Source: the human T2T-CHM13v2.0 reference genome, Homo sapiens. Taken from it: DNA of 64,000 nt. Under the pieces are notes generated by a model. That model saw only the letters and a list, made by a program, of their open reading frames with translations, was not told the DNA's origin and did not search any database. Position 1 is the first letter of the stretch, and each line of letters begins with the position of its first letter. Where the stretch lies: NCBI RefSeq assembly GCF_009914755.1, contig NC_060934.1. One strand, written 5' to 3'. A program made the position numbers and the translations under genes. Positions 30,351 through 43,179 of the stretch are shown in pieces.

Positions 30351-30995
30351 CAGAGGTTTCGAACAAATGTCTCCAGGGCTTGGCAGGGGAAGTATGTGAC
30401 TGAAGGTGGGGATTGTTGCAAACTGATTCCCTGTTTGAAATGATCAGCAGCTACTCAGCTTCAGCAGAGTGTCGGTAGATGGAAATTTAAAGCCAGCGTG
30501 GTTAGGATTTTCTAATTTTTTTTTTTTTTTTTTTTTGAGATGGAGTCTGGCTCTGTCGCCCAGGCTGGAATGCAGTGGTGCAATCGCTCGGCTCACTGCA
30601 AGCTCTGCCTCCCGGGTTCACGCCACTCTCCTGCCTCAGCCTCCCGAGTAGCTGGGACTACAGGCGCCCGCCACTATGCCCGGCTAAATTTTTGTGTTTT
30701 TAGTAGAGACGGGGTTTCACTGTGTTAGCCAGGATGGTCTCGATCTCCTGACCTCGTGATCCGCCCGCCTCGGCCTCCCAAAGTGCTGGGATTACAGGCT
30801 TGAGCCACTGTGCCCGGCCAGGACTTTCTAATTTTTTAAAAGGAAATATAAATTCCTTTATTATTATGATTAATGTGAAATATTCTGATTTCTATATGCT
30901 ATGGACTAATTAAATTTTTAAAAATAATGCATAGACTGATAAAACATATCTGTGAGCCACATGTGACCCGAGGATCACCGATCATCAAATTCTTG
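30351..30995 (+). mobile_element. MER103C-like element interrupted by AluY
   Basis: 'cagaggtttcgaacaaatgtctccaggg', 'gcagctactcagcttcagc', then 'aaaacatatctgtgagccacatgtgaccc' after the Alu. Confidence 0.6.
30516..30819 (-). mobile_element. AluY
   Basis: Y diagnostics 'gcaagctc', 'ttcacgcca', 'gttagccaggatggtctcgatctcctgacctcgtgatccgcccgcc'; TSD agga(t/c)tttctaattttt at 30504-30520 and 30820-30836. Confidence 0.96.
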
Positions 30996-31208
30996 ACTAA
31001 AGCATGACACCATATGACATCCTTATCAAATAATATTTATTGAGATCTTGAGTGTTCTCTGGCAGGTCTTCTGATGTTTGTTAGCAGTGGCTTGCTCTGC
31101 CTGGTTCTTTGCTCCTGAATCTCCATTTCCCTTAATTAATTCCATTTTATTGCCTAAGGATGAAATTCTTGAATTAAAAAGAAATAGTTTGACATCGTAT
31201 AAAGCCCA

Positions 31209-31591
31209 TGTATTAGTCCATTCTCTCGCTGCTATTAAAAACTACCTGAGGCTGGGTCGTTTATAAAGAAAAGAGGTTTAATTGACTCACAGTTCCACAG
31301 GCTTAACAGGAAGCATGGCTTGGAGGCCTCCGGAAACTTACGATCATGGCAGAAGGGGAAGGAGAAGCAAAGCATGTCTTCTCATGGCAACAGAAAAGAG
31401 AGAGAGAGAAGGGGGAAGTGCCCACACTTTGAAGCCATCAGATCTCATGAAAACTCACTCACAATCACTAAAATAACAAGGGGGCAATCTGGCCCCATGA
31501 TCCAATCGCCTCCCATCAATCCCCTCCCTGACACATGGAGATTACAATTTGACATGAGATTTGGATGGGGACACAGAACTAAACTCTATCA
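31209..31591 (-). mobile_element. MSTA-like MaLR solo LTR
   Basis: tg...ca termini; 'aagaaaagaggtttaattgactcacagttcc...aggaagcatggc...aaacttacgatcatggcagaagg'; 5-bp TSD gccca (31204-31208, 31592-31596). Confidence 0.9.
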
Positions 31592-33399
31592 GCCCACATA
31601 AGAGTCCTTGATCTTATTATTAATCTAGTGCTGTTATCAAGGATTCTTTCTTCTTCCTGAGAAAAGTCTTTATCTTATATTCCACTTTTAGAGATTTGTA
31701 CTCTGTCTTATTTACTGTTCCTAAAAAATCACACCCAGAACACAAGCCTTTATAGGATTGGGGCTTCCATTGATAAACTTGGTGTGGTTAGGGTTTAATG
31801 TTCACCCCTTTTTCTGCAAGCTTATAGTTTGAGCCCTTCAGTTATTTAACAGGCCTCATTGATGCCAATTTCCTGACTTCCTCAATCTTCATTGTCTCTT
31901 TCTAAAATTTCTTGATTTTCAAGTCTCTTTGTTTCATGTTGATATCAACGATATCCCAGTGACTTGCCTTTCCAGTTTTTGTTTGTTTGTTTGTTTGTTT
32001 TTTCTGGATTCTGGGTTCTACATGCCTGGCTGGACTTTTAGTTACAGCTCTTTCCGCCTCAGTGGTGAAGTTGCTTCTTGGCTGTCTCAGCTTCCAGACA
32101 TTGCTCTAATTAACCCATTCATATCTGTGGTAGCATCAGGCAAAACTCCTTGGGAAGGTATTACTTATAGAACTGCTTTTATTATGGAAACACTGTAAAC
32201 AAAAACAAGGAGGAATAAAACCTTGCTCTCTTTATGTCCTCATGCAATTCAAATGGACTTAATTGTTCTTATCCGAAAGTTACTGTGCATGTAACGTATA
32301 TGATAAAGTAGATTGGTGGTTATTTCATTAGTATAGTCCATTGATACAAGAAAAGGAGTGATATTTTTTAAATTTCCTGCTGATTTATGAAAGAATAAAT
32401 GCTAGTGCTAGTTGAATAAGGTAACAACCTATTAAAATGCTCTTGTAGAGTTGAAAGAGAAGAGTTAGAGGTTATTAGAATGATTAGGATATTAACTGTT
32501 AAAATTCCCTTTTAGAGTGTCACATCACTTTGGGATTATTCTCAAATATGGTAATCCATAATATATTATAATTTGAATCAGTGAACTTGAAGAACAGCCC
32601 CAAAGAACTGAACATTGATATGGAAATTTTCTTTGAAAACTAGGTTTTAAATTCCAAATTCCAGAAAGCTTAAACTGATTTTCATGGAACTTCCATCAAT
32701 CATGTCATGTTGATTCATTTTGTTTTTGAGGAAAGACGAATATTATCAATGAATTGTTTCATCCTTCTTTTGTCTTTTCTTTGCCCACCTGTATGAGATT
32801 GAAAAGAGTGAACAGTAAATTGCCAAAAAGCTTTGAACCTGGTGTATGTCAAGAGCATAAGTAAATTCTCCATTAAAGATATTTGAAGGTTGCATCCAAA
32901 ATGTTGATTGAGTATGCTCCAGGAACTTTAATTACAATGATGTAGCAAACAAAATTCTCGAATTGTTGATTGTAAATTGAGCCTTCTCTGGCTTCATATA
33001 TTGTGTACCATGTCCTGTAAAAGCTTGGTTCAGAAGATAGAGAAGTTCCTATTTCAAAGTATGTCAAAGAGATACATAAACATACAAATAATAATATGTG
33101 TATGTATGGAAGTACAATGTGAAAAATATACATGGACATGTATTAGTATTCACATATGTATCACGGTATTCTGTGGCAAATGGGCTACACATTAGTTGGT
33201 TTGACTGTGTGTCCTCTTTTTATTGCTTATCTCTGGAAATCTTTGGTAAGATTCCATAGCACTTGGGCTTTGGTTTGTAAGAACTTAATGTTTGATGGCA
33301 TGGGGATATGGCATGGGTGTATGTTTGGAATCTTCAAGTAATAGTGATTATAAGGAAATATGACTTTAAACAAAATCAAAGAGAACCAGACATGAGACA

Positions 33400-33830
33400 T
33401 GTCTTTGAATGTTGTCTTCATAGTAATACCTTGGAAGCTATGCATTTAATCCAGAGGGCTTTCATGAACAGTTTTGCATATATTTGGGAATTGTCCTTTT
33501 AAGTTGTAAGTATGTCTTAAAATTATTTTCAGTGGTGGCAATTATTCACCCTTTCAAGATAAATGTGATCTTCAAAAAGAGTAAAATGATACAGGACGTC
33601 AATGCTGAAAAATAAGATAAGCTATAAAAACAGATAATATGGCTTGTGAATTTTTTTAAACACACAGGTTTCAGATAATGAGGCTACTTTTCTTATATAA
33701 CCAGTAAGAGAGTTGTGCATGCAATTCTTTTTTTAAAAAAAAAGAAATTCAAACATGTTCTGGGCAACATCAGTGTCAATGAATAAGTACATGTTTTTCC
33801 AAAGTGATTTTTTAAGGTAAAACACTTATT
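33400..33830. mobile_element. MARNA mariner-derived relic
   Basis: Degenerate inverted ends 'ccttggaagctatgcatttaatcca' / 'gaataagtacatgtttttccaaagtga'; internal 'cagtggtggcaattattcaccctttca', 'ataatgaggctacttttcttata'. Confidence 0.6.
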
Positions 33831-33936
33831 TGGGTATATAAGTTAATTAATTTTTATTTTTCTGCTTCCTGGAGACAGTAGTAGTAGTGAGGAGATAAAT
33901 ATGAATAGAGACAACATAACATACAAAGACTACTGC

Positions 33937-34126
33937 TAGGGTTGCCAGATAAAGGGTTGGATGCCCAGTTGAATTAGAATTTCAGAGAGACAACAAATAA
34001 TTTTTAGTCTAATTTTGTAAGTATGTTCAATTCAATATTTGGACATACTGATGCTAAAAAAATTCTTTGTTGAAATTCAGGTTTAATGGGAATCTCTTAT
34101 TTTAAGTTGCTAAATCTGGCAACCCC
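33937..34126. mobile_element. MER53 palindromic hAT MITE
   Basis: TIRs agggttgccagat ... atctggcaaccc; central 'aagtatgttca...ggacatact'. Confidence 0.85.
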
Positions 34127-34189
34127 CTTAATGTTTATCAGTAGTTACATTTATTTTATTTTATTTTATTATTTTATTTTATGTTTGGA

Positions 34190-35060
34190 GAAACACCTGT
34201 AGAATATCTTCTATGTAACGATGTGACCCTATGTCTTGTGGAAGTTACAGAGTACATGCCTTCCTCAGAGTCTACACTTTAGCAGAGAAAATAAGAAATG
34301 TGTGGTTAACCATGTTTTGAGAGAAATTGAAGTGAGTGCTCCAGGAGAAGTACAATGACCATTCAGAGATAAAGAGGTTACTTCTGGTTGAGAAAACCAT
34401 GGAAGGGACAATTGAGTTGGTATTAACATTAGCCCGAAAGGATTAACAGGTTTTTACCCACCTGGAGATAGGGAGGAAAGGGCACATCCAGGTAAGAGAG
34501 CAGCACTGGAAAACTCATTCATTTGGAAAATGATTGGGTGTATTTAAGGAACTACAGTTTGTTTAGAGCAGTGGTCCTCAAACTTCAGCACACATCAGAG
34601 TCATCTAGAAGACTTGTTAAAAATACAAGTTTTTGGGACCCCTAACTAGACTTTCTGGCTCAGTAGGTCCCTATGGGGAAATAATGTGCATTTTTAACAA
34701 GTTCTCAGGTGATGCTGATGCTGCCAGTATGTGGACCACAGTTAGGGAACCATGAAATAGAATGCAGCTCTGGGAACTAGTGGAAGATGAGGTTGGGAAG
34801 TTGGTTGGGGTCCTGAGGGCCTTGTCTGTCTTGCTCAGGAGCTTGAGTTTTGTTTAATAGGCAGTGGGGAGCCATTAAAGGCTGGTGATCAAGGTGACGT
34901 AAAAGAGTTGTACTTCAGAAATATTTATCTGGTGGTAGTGTATGGGATTGATTGAAAGGAGTAGCAACAGACTAGAGAAAAAAGGCTAGGTAAGTAGCTA
35001 TTACATTAGACAGAACAGGAAGTCAAAAGCCCAAACTGGAGAGGTAATATCAGAATGGAC
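34190..35060 (-). mobile_element. L2 relic interrupted by MER5A
   Basis: 'aggagcttgagttttgtttaataggcagtggggagccattaaagg' is a classic L2 motif. Confidence 0.7.
34569..34754. mobile_element. MER5A
   Basis: cagtggtcctcaaactt...'gcatttttaacaagttctcaggtgatgctgatgctgc'...gggaaccatg. Confidence 0.85.
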
Positions 35061-36177
35061 GGATGCTTCTAAGAACTACTTGTTATCTGTATAAGTGTTA
35101 GAGAATCAGACAGTAGATTTTCTTTAGCAGACTCTTTCTTCCTGAGAAGCCAGTTTCAAAATTGATAAGAATTTGGTTTTCCAAGATTGCTTAAAGTTTT
35201 GAGAAAATAGTTACTGAAGTTTTTAAATTAAATAAGCAGCTTTTGCCTGTTTGGTTACAACAGAACTTTCTCATTAAACAGTAATCAGTTAAAGTACGGG
35301 CTGTTTTTTATTAAAACAGAATGGAATACTTGCACGCAGCACAAAGGTCAATGCATAAAGCTGAACAGAAAAATTGATAGACACACAATGTGGTTTCACA
35401 GATTGTGTCATTGACATCTTATTTCAATTCACAAGGAATACATCCTGTGTCTTTAAGACGTATTTCTGAGGGCAGCTCTATTTTCTATACTCAATTATTT
35501 ATTTAACTCCTATTTAGTTATAACATTTCTTATAGGCCAATATCTGCCAGAACCTATCATAGGATCTGATTTAGATATATAAACAAAGTAAAACATTCCT
35601 TTCTTAGGAGCGACATTTAAATGAGCTAAAAACTGATATGGAAGGGGTGTTGAAGAATCACAATCAATGCTCGTCACCAACTCCACTAACCATGATTAGC
35701 ATTGCTGAAAATTAGCTCTGTTGCTGCCGACATGAAACTTACTAATTTTCACCCCTGTTTCTTAGTAAATTTTAATTAGTTTTTTTCTGTGAAAATTCTA
35801 TGTGTATTTCCAAAAACAACATGGGAAAGATATAAAGAATAACATAATGATCACACGTAATTACATAATCTTACCAATCAGAGAAACATTAAACACTTTG
35901 GTGTATATGCCTCCCTATAGTATATATGATTTTGTGACCCGATTTTTGTTAACATCATATAAACTTTCTTATGCCAATTATTATTCTTTGAAAACACAGT
36001 TTATATAGTGTCATATAAAATATAATAAGTTACTACATAAGTAAAAATATTAGGTGTCTTTCAGTTTTTACTATGTTAAATATTTCTGCAAAATATATCT
36101 TTATATCTGAATCTTTCTGCTCTTCTTTGACGGTTTATTTCTATCAGATAATTTCATATACTAAGCTGGTTTACTAC

Positions 36178-38505
36178 AGAAACATAAAGTGGAAAAAAGA
36201 CACCTTATTCAACATATGGTGCTGGGATAACAGCAAGCCACATGTAGAAGAATGAAACTGGTCCTCATCTCTCACCTTATATAAAAATCAACTCAAGATG
36301 GTTCAAAGACTTAAATCTAAGGCCTGAAACCCTAAAAATTCTGGAAGATAACATCGGGAAAACTCTTCTAATTGGTGTAGTCAAAGAATTCATGACCAAG
36401 AACCCAAAAGCAAATGCAAACATAAATGATTGGGACCTAATTAAAATAAAAAGCTTCTGCTCAGTAAAAGAAATAATCGTCAGACAACACACAGAGTGGG
36501 AGAAAATATTTGCAAACTATGCATCTGACAAACGACTAACATCCAGAATTATCGGGGGAAATTCAGCCAGATATCGGGCAAAATTCACCCCCAATATTTC
36601 ACATAGGTTCTTTTCTATTTTCCCTAAGTGTTGAACAGTCTGAGAAATAAAGGGACAGAGTACAAAAGAGAGAAATTTTTAAGCTGGGTGTCCAGGGGAG
36701 ACATCACATGTCAGCAGGTTCCGTGATGCCCCACAAGCCACAAAACCAGCAAGTTTTTTTAGTGATTTTCAAAAGGGGAGGGAGTGTACGAATAGAGTGT
36801 GGGTCACAGAGATCACAAGGCAAATGGAGGCAGGGCGAGATCACAGGACCACAGGACCAGGGCGAAATTAAAATTGCTAATGAAGTTTGGGGCACGCATT
36901 GTCATTGATAACATCTTATCAGGAGACAGGGTTTGAGAGCAACTGGTCTGACCACAATTTATTAGGTGGGAATTTCCTCATCCTAATAAGCCTGGGAGTG
37001 CTATGGGAGACTGGGGCTTATTTCATCCCTACAGCTGCAACCATAAAAGACGGCTGCCCCTGAAGCGGCCATTTCAGAGGCCTACCCTCAGGGATGCATT
37101 CTCTTTCTCAGGGATGTTCCTTGCTGAGAAAAAGAATTCAGGGATATTTCTCCCATTTGCTTTTGAAAGAAGAGAAATATGGCTCTGTTCTGCCCGGCTC
37201 AGCAGTCAGAGTTTATAAGGTTATCTCTCTTGTTCCCTGTACATTGCTGTTATCCTGTTCTTTTTTCAAGGTGCCCAGATTTCATATTGTTTAAACACAC
37301 ATGCTCTACAAACAATTTGTACAGTTAACACAATCATCACAGGGTCCTGAGGCGACATACATCCTCCTCAGCTTACGAAAATGACGGGATTAAGAGATTA
37401 AAGTAAAGACAGGCATAGGAAATCACAAGGGTATTGACTGGGGAAGTGATAGTTGTCCATGAAATCTTCACAATTTATGTTCAGAGATTCAGTAAAGACA
37501 GGCGTAAGACATTATAAAAGTATTAATTTGGGGAACTAATAAATGTCCTTGAAATCTTCACCATCCACGTTCTTCTGCCATGGCTTCAGCCGGTCCTTCC
37601 ATTCGGGGTCCCTGACTTCCTACAACACAGAATCTTCAAGGAACTCAAAGAAATCAGCAAGGAAAAAACAATCCTATCAAAAAGTGGGCAAAGGGCATGA
37701 ATGAACAATTCTCAAAAGAAGATATACAAATAGCCAACAAACATATGAAAAAATCCTCAACATCACTAATTATCAGGGAAATGCAAATTAAAACCACAAT
37801 GAGATACCACCTTACTTCTGTAAGAGTGGCAACAATTTAAAAAAATTAAAAATATTATTAAATGTTGGCATGGATGTGGTAAAAAGGGAATACTTTTACA
37901 CTGCTAGTGGGAATGTAAACTAGTATAATCACTGTGGAAAACACTATGGAGATTCCTTAAATAACTAAAAATAGAATACCATTTAATCCACTACTGGGTA
38001 TCTACCCAAAGGAAAAAATGTCATTGTATAAAAAAGGCACATGCACATGCATGTTTATAGCAGCACAACTTGCAATTGCAGAAGTATGGAACCAACTTAA
38101 ATACCCATCAACCAACGAATGGATAAAGAAAATATATTATGTATACAACATGGAATACTACTCAGCCATAAAATGGAATGAAATAATGGCATTTGCAGCA
38201 ACTTGGATGGAGTTGGAGACCATTATTCTAAGTGAAGTAACTCAGGGATGGAAAGCCAAATATCATATATTCTCACTTACAAGTGGAAGCTAAACTATGA
38301 GGGTACAAAGGCATAAGAATGATATAAGGGACTTTAGGGACTCAGGCGGAAGTGTTGGAGGGGGATGAGGACTAAAAGACTACGTGTTGGGTACAGTACA
38401 CACTGCTAGAGTGACAGGTCCACCAAAATCTCAGAAATCACCACTAATGAACTTATCCATGTAAACAGAAACCAACTCTTCCCCAAAAACTATTGAAATA
38501 AAAAA
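36178..38505 (+). mobile_element. 5'-truncated L1PB (ORF2 C-terminus plus 3'UTR), split by MER11
   Basis: ORF2 peptides ([50 protein letters not shown]); L1PB-type 3'UTR ending 'ccccaaaaactattgaaataaaaaa'. Confidence 0.9.
36550..37627 (-). mobile_element. MER11 (HERV-K11/HML-8) solo LTR, 1078 bp
   Basis: Minus strand starts tgttgtaggaagtcagggaccccgaatggaaggaccggctgaagccatggcagaagaac, as in MER11; 6-bp TSD cagaat (36544-36549, 37628-37633). Confidence 0.93.
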
Positions 38506-40326
38506 GGAATCAAATGCTATCTTTAAAAAGATAAATGAATAATTTATTGTTAGATACAACATTTTAATGCAGTTTGGATCAGGGCTTTCCAACATGTTTC
38601 ACTTCAGTGCACATAGAAAACCACAGAGATTGCTCACAGCTTGAGGTGAAGGAGGTCAGTATTTTGACTGTCTGTAACCAATAACTACATACTCAGGCTG
38701 AGGCCAGATTATCAAGGTTTTTTATTCTGTCCTTGGCATTCTTGTTTGTTGATAGCTTATGCTTGTAGAAGGGGAGACTAATTTCACAGTATTAATTATT
38801 AATATATCATTACATCTAGATTTGTAAAATGTATTCATGCCTTACTTTGTATCAAATGGACATAGGTTATGATTGAAATATTTAGGGTGGCTAAAATATT
38901 GATTTGTTAGCCTATTTAATGGCAAAATTAATGCACTGATTTTTAAAAGGTAGATTATCTTTGTGACAGCAAGCTCTGATCATTCATTTTGGATTTTTTA
39001 AGAGTAATTTGGTGGAGGATCATCTAAATTACTTAGATTTTTGGACATCTTATGCCTTCAAATACCTTTCCATAGTTAAATACCCCCTTTGAAGTTATTA
39101 TGCTTATAAAATTTCCAAGCCATTCACTAAAATCAAGTTCATAACATGAATTGGAGGGATTTAATGGGTGGATCATATAGTGAGTTACTCCTGGATCACT
39201 CAACAGATTGGAAACTGTGAGTAGATCACAAAGATTCATGCAAGCAGGATTTAAATCTTTCTGGTTTTCACTGTTGTATGCTTTTCTCTCAGAAAAAAAT
39301 CAGTTTTTTAAAAATAACTGATAAAAATCAACCCTTTCCATGACTTGTGAGCTTCCCATCCGATCTGCACCAATTCCACTCCTTTGTCAATTTGGTTGGT
39401 GTCCACAACCCTCCACTCCCTAGTTGTCATGAAACTGAGAAAACCGAGTTGCCTCTTTTGAGGGAAAATATAAGGGAATCTAGACTAGGAAGTTACAAGC
39501 AGCAGAAAAATGTGATAGTTTATTGATCCAATTCTATCAAACATTATATAACAGGCAGAAAAAGGAGAGCACATTCTAATGACTACTTAGATCTGAGAAT
39601 TATTGGCTTTGCAAAGATTTTAGAGATCCTCCTTCTTAACCTAATTGTTTTGTCAGTGAGAAATCTAAAACCTTGAGTCATTCAACTCATTTAGGATCAT
39701 CCAATAGCTTTAGGATCATCCAAGAGCTGAGGACCTACATCTCCTATGTGGCCATACAGCTGTGAAGAAAGGAATGTCTACACTTGTAATAAATGTCTGT
39801 GGTATGAAGAGAAGCTATATATGACTAGATGGTTGGGGGGGAGTAAAAAAGTTCGCTTATTGGCTATTTTATCCTATTGAAGAAGAAATATGATTTTTTT
39901 TTTTTTTACAATTCTTTTCAGCCTGGTCATCATCTAAATTCTTTCCTTGCCAAAAGTGTTTAGTTCCATCTGTTTCATCTAGTTTCCCATGGATACAGAG
40001 CTCTAATTGTATAACAAAATCCAAAGGGAAATTGGGTTTGCTTACGGAAAATCTCTTTGTGACAAACTTTGCAAAAAGTTTTGTCCTATAAATTGAGATG
40101 TGCTTATATTAGTAATATTATGGATATAAGATGTATCACTTAGACACTGAGCCTTTAAAGTAATTTAAAGTGATTAACTTTAAATGGGGTTTTCAGATCT
40201 AGATGGCTTTTACTCTCACAGAATATTTTCAAAATATTTTAAATCTATGGTCTAATGTGATTGGGAAAATCTGAATATTACTTTCATGTGTTCTTCTGCA
40301 TACTTCCTTAAAGTAGTCTGGGTTAG

Positions 40327-41149
40327 TTTGCTGAGAATGATGGTTTCCAGCTTCATCCATGTCCCTGCAAAGGGCATGAACTCACCCTTTTTATGGCTGC
40401 ATAGTATTCCATGGTGTATATGTACCACATTTTCTTTATCCAGTCTATCACTGATGGGCATTTGGGTTGGTTACAAGTCTTTGCTATTGTGAATAGTGCT
40501 GTAATAAACATACATGTGCATGTGTCTTTATAGTAGAATGATTTATAATTCTTTGGGTGTATACCCAGTAATGGGATTGCTGGGTCAAATGGTATATCTG
40601 ATTCTAGATCCTTGAAGAATGGCCACACTGTCCTCCACAATGGTTGAACAAATTTACACTCCCACGAACAGTGTAAAAGGGTTCCTATTTCTCCACATCT
40701 TCTCCAGTATCTGTTGTTTCCTGACTTTTTAATGATCTCCATTCTAACTGGTGTGAAATGGTATCTCATTGTGGTTTTGATTTGCATTTCTCTAATGACC
40801 AGTGATGATTAGCTTTTTTTCATATGTTTGTTGGCTGCATAAATGTCTTCTTTTGAAAAGTGTCTGTTCATTTCCTTTGCCCACTTTTTGATGGGGTTGT
40901 TGAAAACCAAACACCACATGTTCTCATTCATGTTGAACAATGAGAACACGTGGACACAGGGAGGGGAACATCACACACTGGGCTTATCGTGGGGTGGGGG
41001 GCTAGGGGAGGGATAGCATTAGGAGAAATGCCTAATGTAGATGATGGGTTGATGGGTGCAGCAAGCCACCATGGCATGTGTATACCTATGTAACAAACCT
41101 GCACATTCTGCACATGTATCCCAGAACTTAAAGTTTTGTTTTTTTTTTT
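40327..41149 (+). mobile_element. L1PA7-like 3' fragment with twin-priming 5' inversion (40327-40901 minus, 40902-41134 plus)
   Basis: ORF2 C-terminal peptide on minus, then 3'UTR on plus; TSD aagtagt(c/t)tgggttag at 40311-40326 and 41150-41165. Confidence 0.92.
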
Positions 41150-41862
41150 AAGTAGTTTGGGTTAGCCAGAGGCTCTTCTCCACTTTAAGGTTATAAAGAA
41201 ATGTAGTTAGAGTCAAAAATTAGTAGAAAGGGAGGATGAGAAGTGAACAGGACAAATGGTTGCATGCTTTATGTTCTAGGGCTCCTTGGCCTTTTCCCAG
41301 CTGGGTGAACATCTGCAGCAGCATGGTCAGGAAATTTGTCTTAGTCTTGGAAATCTCAAAGGATGCAGCCCAGCCTCTGTGCGGGTGATCCATATTTTAA
41401 TTAGCTGGGATTGTTTCCAGTGTCTCCCTGGGGAATCTCCTCCCTTTTAATAAGGCTAGCTTAGCATAAATAGGATCCATCTGAGAATGAACCAGAAGTC
41501 TTGGCTTTGCTCTGAGCCCAACTGCAATAATATAATAATACTGTCATGGCTTGTATTAGAATCCTAAGTTCACCCTCTTCTAAGCTGAAAGTAGCCATAT
41601 CAAAATTAGCCTGTAGTGTTAGAAGAGTCAGGCAGGAAGTACACAACTACTATTCACTTTTTCCATTGACAGACATAAAGTTGAATTTATATATTTTTTG
41701 TTGTATCAAAAAAGTGCCCTTGCCTCTGCATCACTGGGCATGGAGTCTTCTTAAGCATTAAGAGTTCACATTTGATGTTTGTAGAAGTGTTGCATGAAAT
41801 CCCTGCTATCTTTCTTCCTGCAGAACAGCCAAATTTGATATGAATGACCATCAAAATCAGAA

Positions 41863-42178
41863 GGCTAGGCATCGTGGCTCATACCTGTAAACCCAGCCCT
41901 TTGGAAAGCTGAGGAAGGAGGATTGCTGGAGCCCAGGAATTTGAGATTAACCTGGGCAACATGACAAAACTCCATCTCTTCCAAAAAAAAAAAAAAAAGG
42001 CAAAAATTAGCTTGTTGTGGTGGCATGCACCTGTAGTCCCAGCTACCTGAGAGGCTGAGAGGTGGGAGGATCGCTGGAGTCCAGGAGGTCGAGGCTACAG
42101 TGAGCCATGATCGCGCCACTGGGTTCCCACCTGGGTGACAGAGAGAGACCCTGTCTCTAAATAAATAAATAATAAAAT
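41863..42178 (+). mobile_element. AluJ
   Basis: 'ggattgctggagcccaggaa', 'gaggctacagtgagccatgatcgc'; TSD aaaatcagaa (41853-41862, 42179-42188). Confidence 0.93.
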
Positions 42179-42199
42179 AAAATCAGAAGCAGTAATCTG

Positions 42200-42470
42200 G
42201 CAGTTTTTAAACCTAGTCCAGCTCAAAGATGGGCTCAGTGGCCAGCTCAGTCAAATGTAACTAGTTGCCAACATTTAAACACTGGGACATCTCACATAAG
42301 AAGACAGATTTCTAACTTCTAAAATTTGCAGAGTGTGGCAACCCTTGGCCCACATTTCTACATGACAATATCTGGCTGGGGAAGAGAAACTGGAACTTCC
42401 TCATCAGATGAATCCTGTACACTTTCATACACCACAGTTCCCCATCTGGCTGCTTTGGATGTTTATACCA
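42200..42470 (-). mobile_element. MER102/MER103-like hAT relic
   Basis: 'tagttgccaacatttaaacactgggacatctcacataa...tggcaacccttggcccacatt'. Confidence 0.55.
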
Positions 42471-42544
42471 CCCACCTTATGCTTTCGGCACCGGATCTCA
42501 GGATATAAGCATTAGTTTCCTGAGTAGACAGCATGAGGCGCCTG

Positions 42545-42750
42545 CGCAGGTTAGATCTACGTTAAATCCCAGATCCTCTCTTTTCCAAAGATGGAATGTG
42601 TACAAATCTCCAAGCCTCCATGAGCTTTGGCATTTGCATCTATTAATAATGCAGGTTTCTTCCCAAGTTTGTTGTGAGCTTTAAATAAAATACCATTCAT
42701 GTAGAGCCCAAATTTATGTCCTCCTCATATTAAATGCTCAGTGAATATTT
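42545..42750 (+). mobile_element. MIR relic
   Basis: 'gttaaatcccagatcc...gttgttgtgagctttaaataaaata...taaatgctcagtgaat'. Confidence 0.5.
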
Positions 42751-43179
42751 ATGACACCTTCCTGGTGTCATAATTTTTTTTCTGGCTATTTATATTGAAG
42801 TGAGAGTATTTGCTGCTGTTAACTTTGAAAATTTGCTTTGGAACTACTACCTCAAAGTAATCACCACTTTCAATGATAAAACACTATGGTCATCCTTGAA
42901 AACCATTGCTGTTCTTTCCTTTCCTAGATCCTGTAGACTTCTGAGAACTTGTTATATATCACCTTATAACTTTCATGTCCACTGAAAGTTGCAATTTGGC
43001 TTTGATTTGGATTCCGCTGAAGTTTGATTACTGCACACTAAAAAATTGCCCTGAAATGAAAATGAGAAGAATCAAGTAATAATTGTTCTAAGTGCAATTG
43101 AAACATTGTATCTCCTAGTCATTCTCTCTGAGCCTTAGTTTCCCCAGCCATGAAATTGGGATGACAGTGTTTTACAAAG

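Noticed and set aside
33937-34126. Long imperfect palindrome suggesting a structured RNA
   Set aside because: Explained by MER53, and pairing is heavily degraded
37400-37565. About 90-bp direct repeat (agtaaagacaggc...gaaatcttcac)
   Set aside because: Intrinsic feature of the MER11 LTR consensus
39420-39998. Two RFX X-box-like motifs (gttgtcatgaaac, gtttcccatggatac)
   Set aside because: Non-canonical spacing; expected by chance in 64 kb
40990-41015. G-quadruplex-like G run
   Set aside because: The well-known L1 3'UTR G-rich tract
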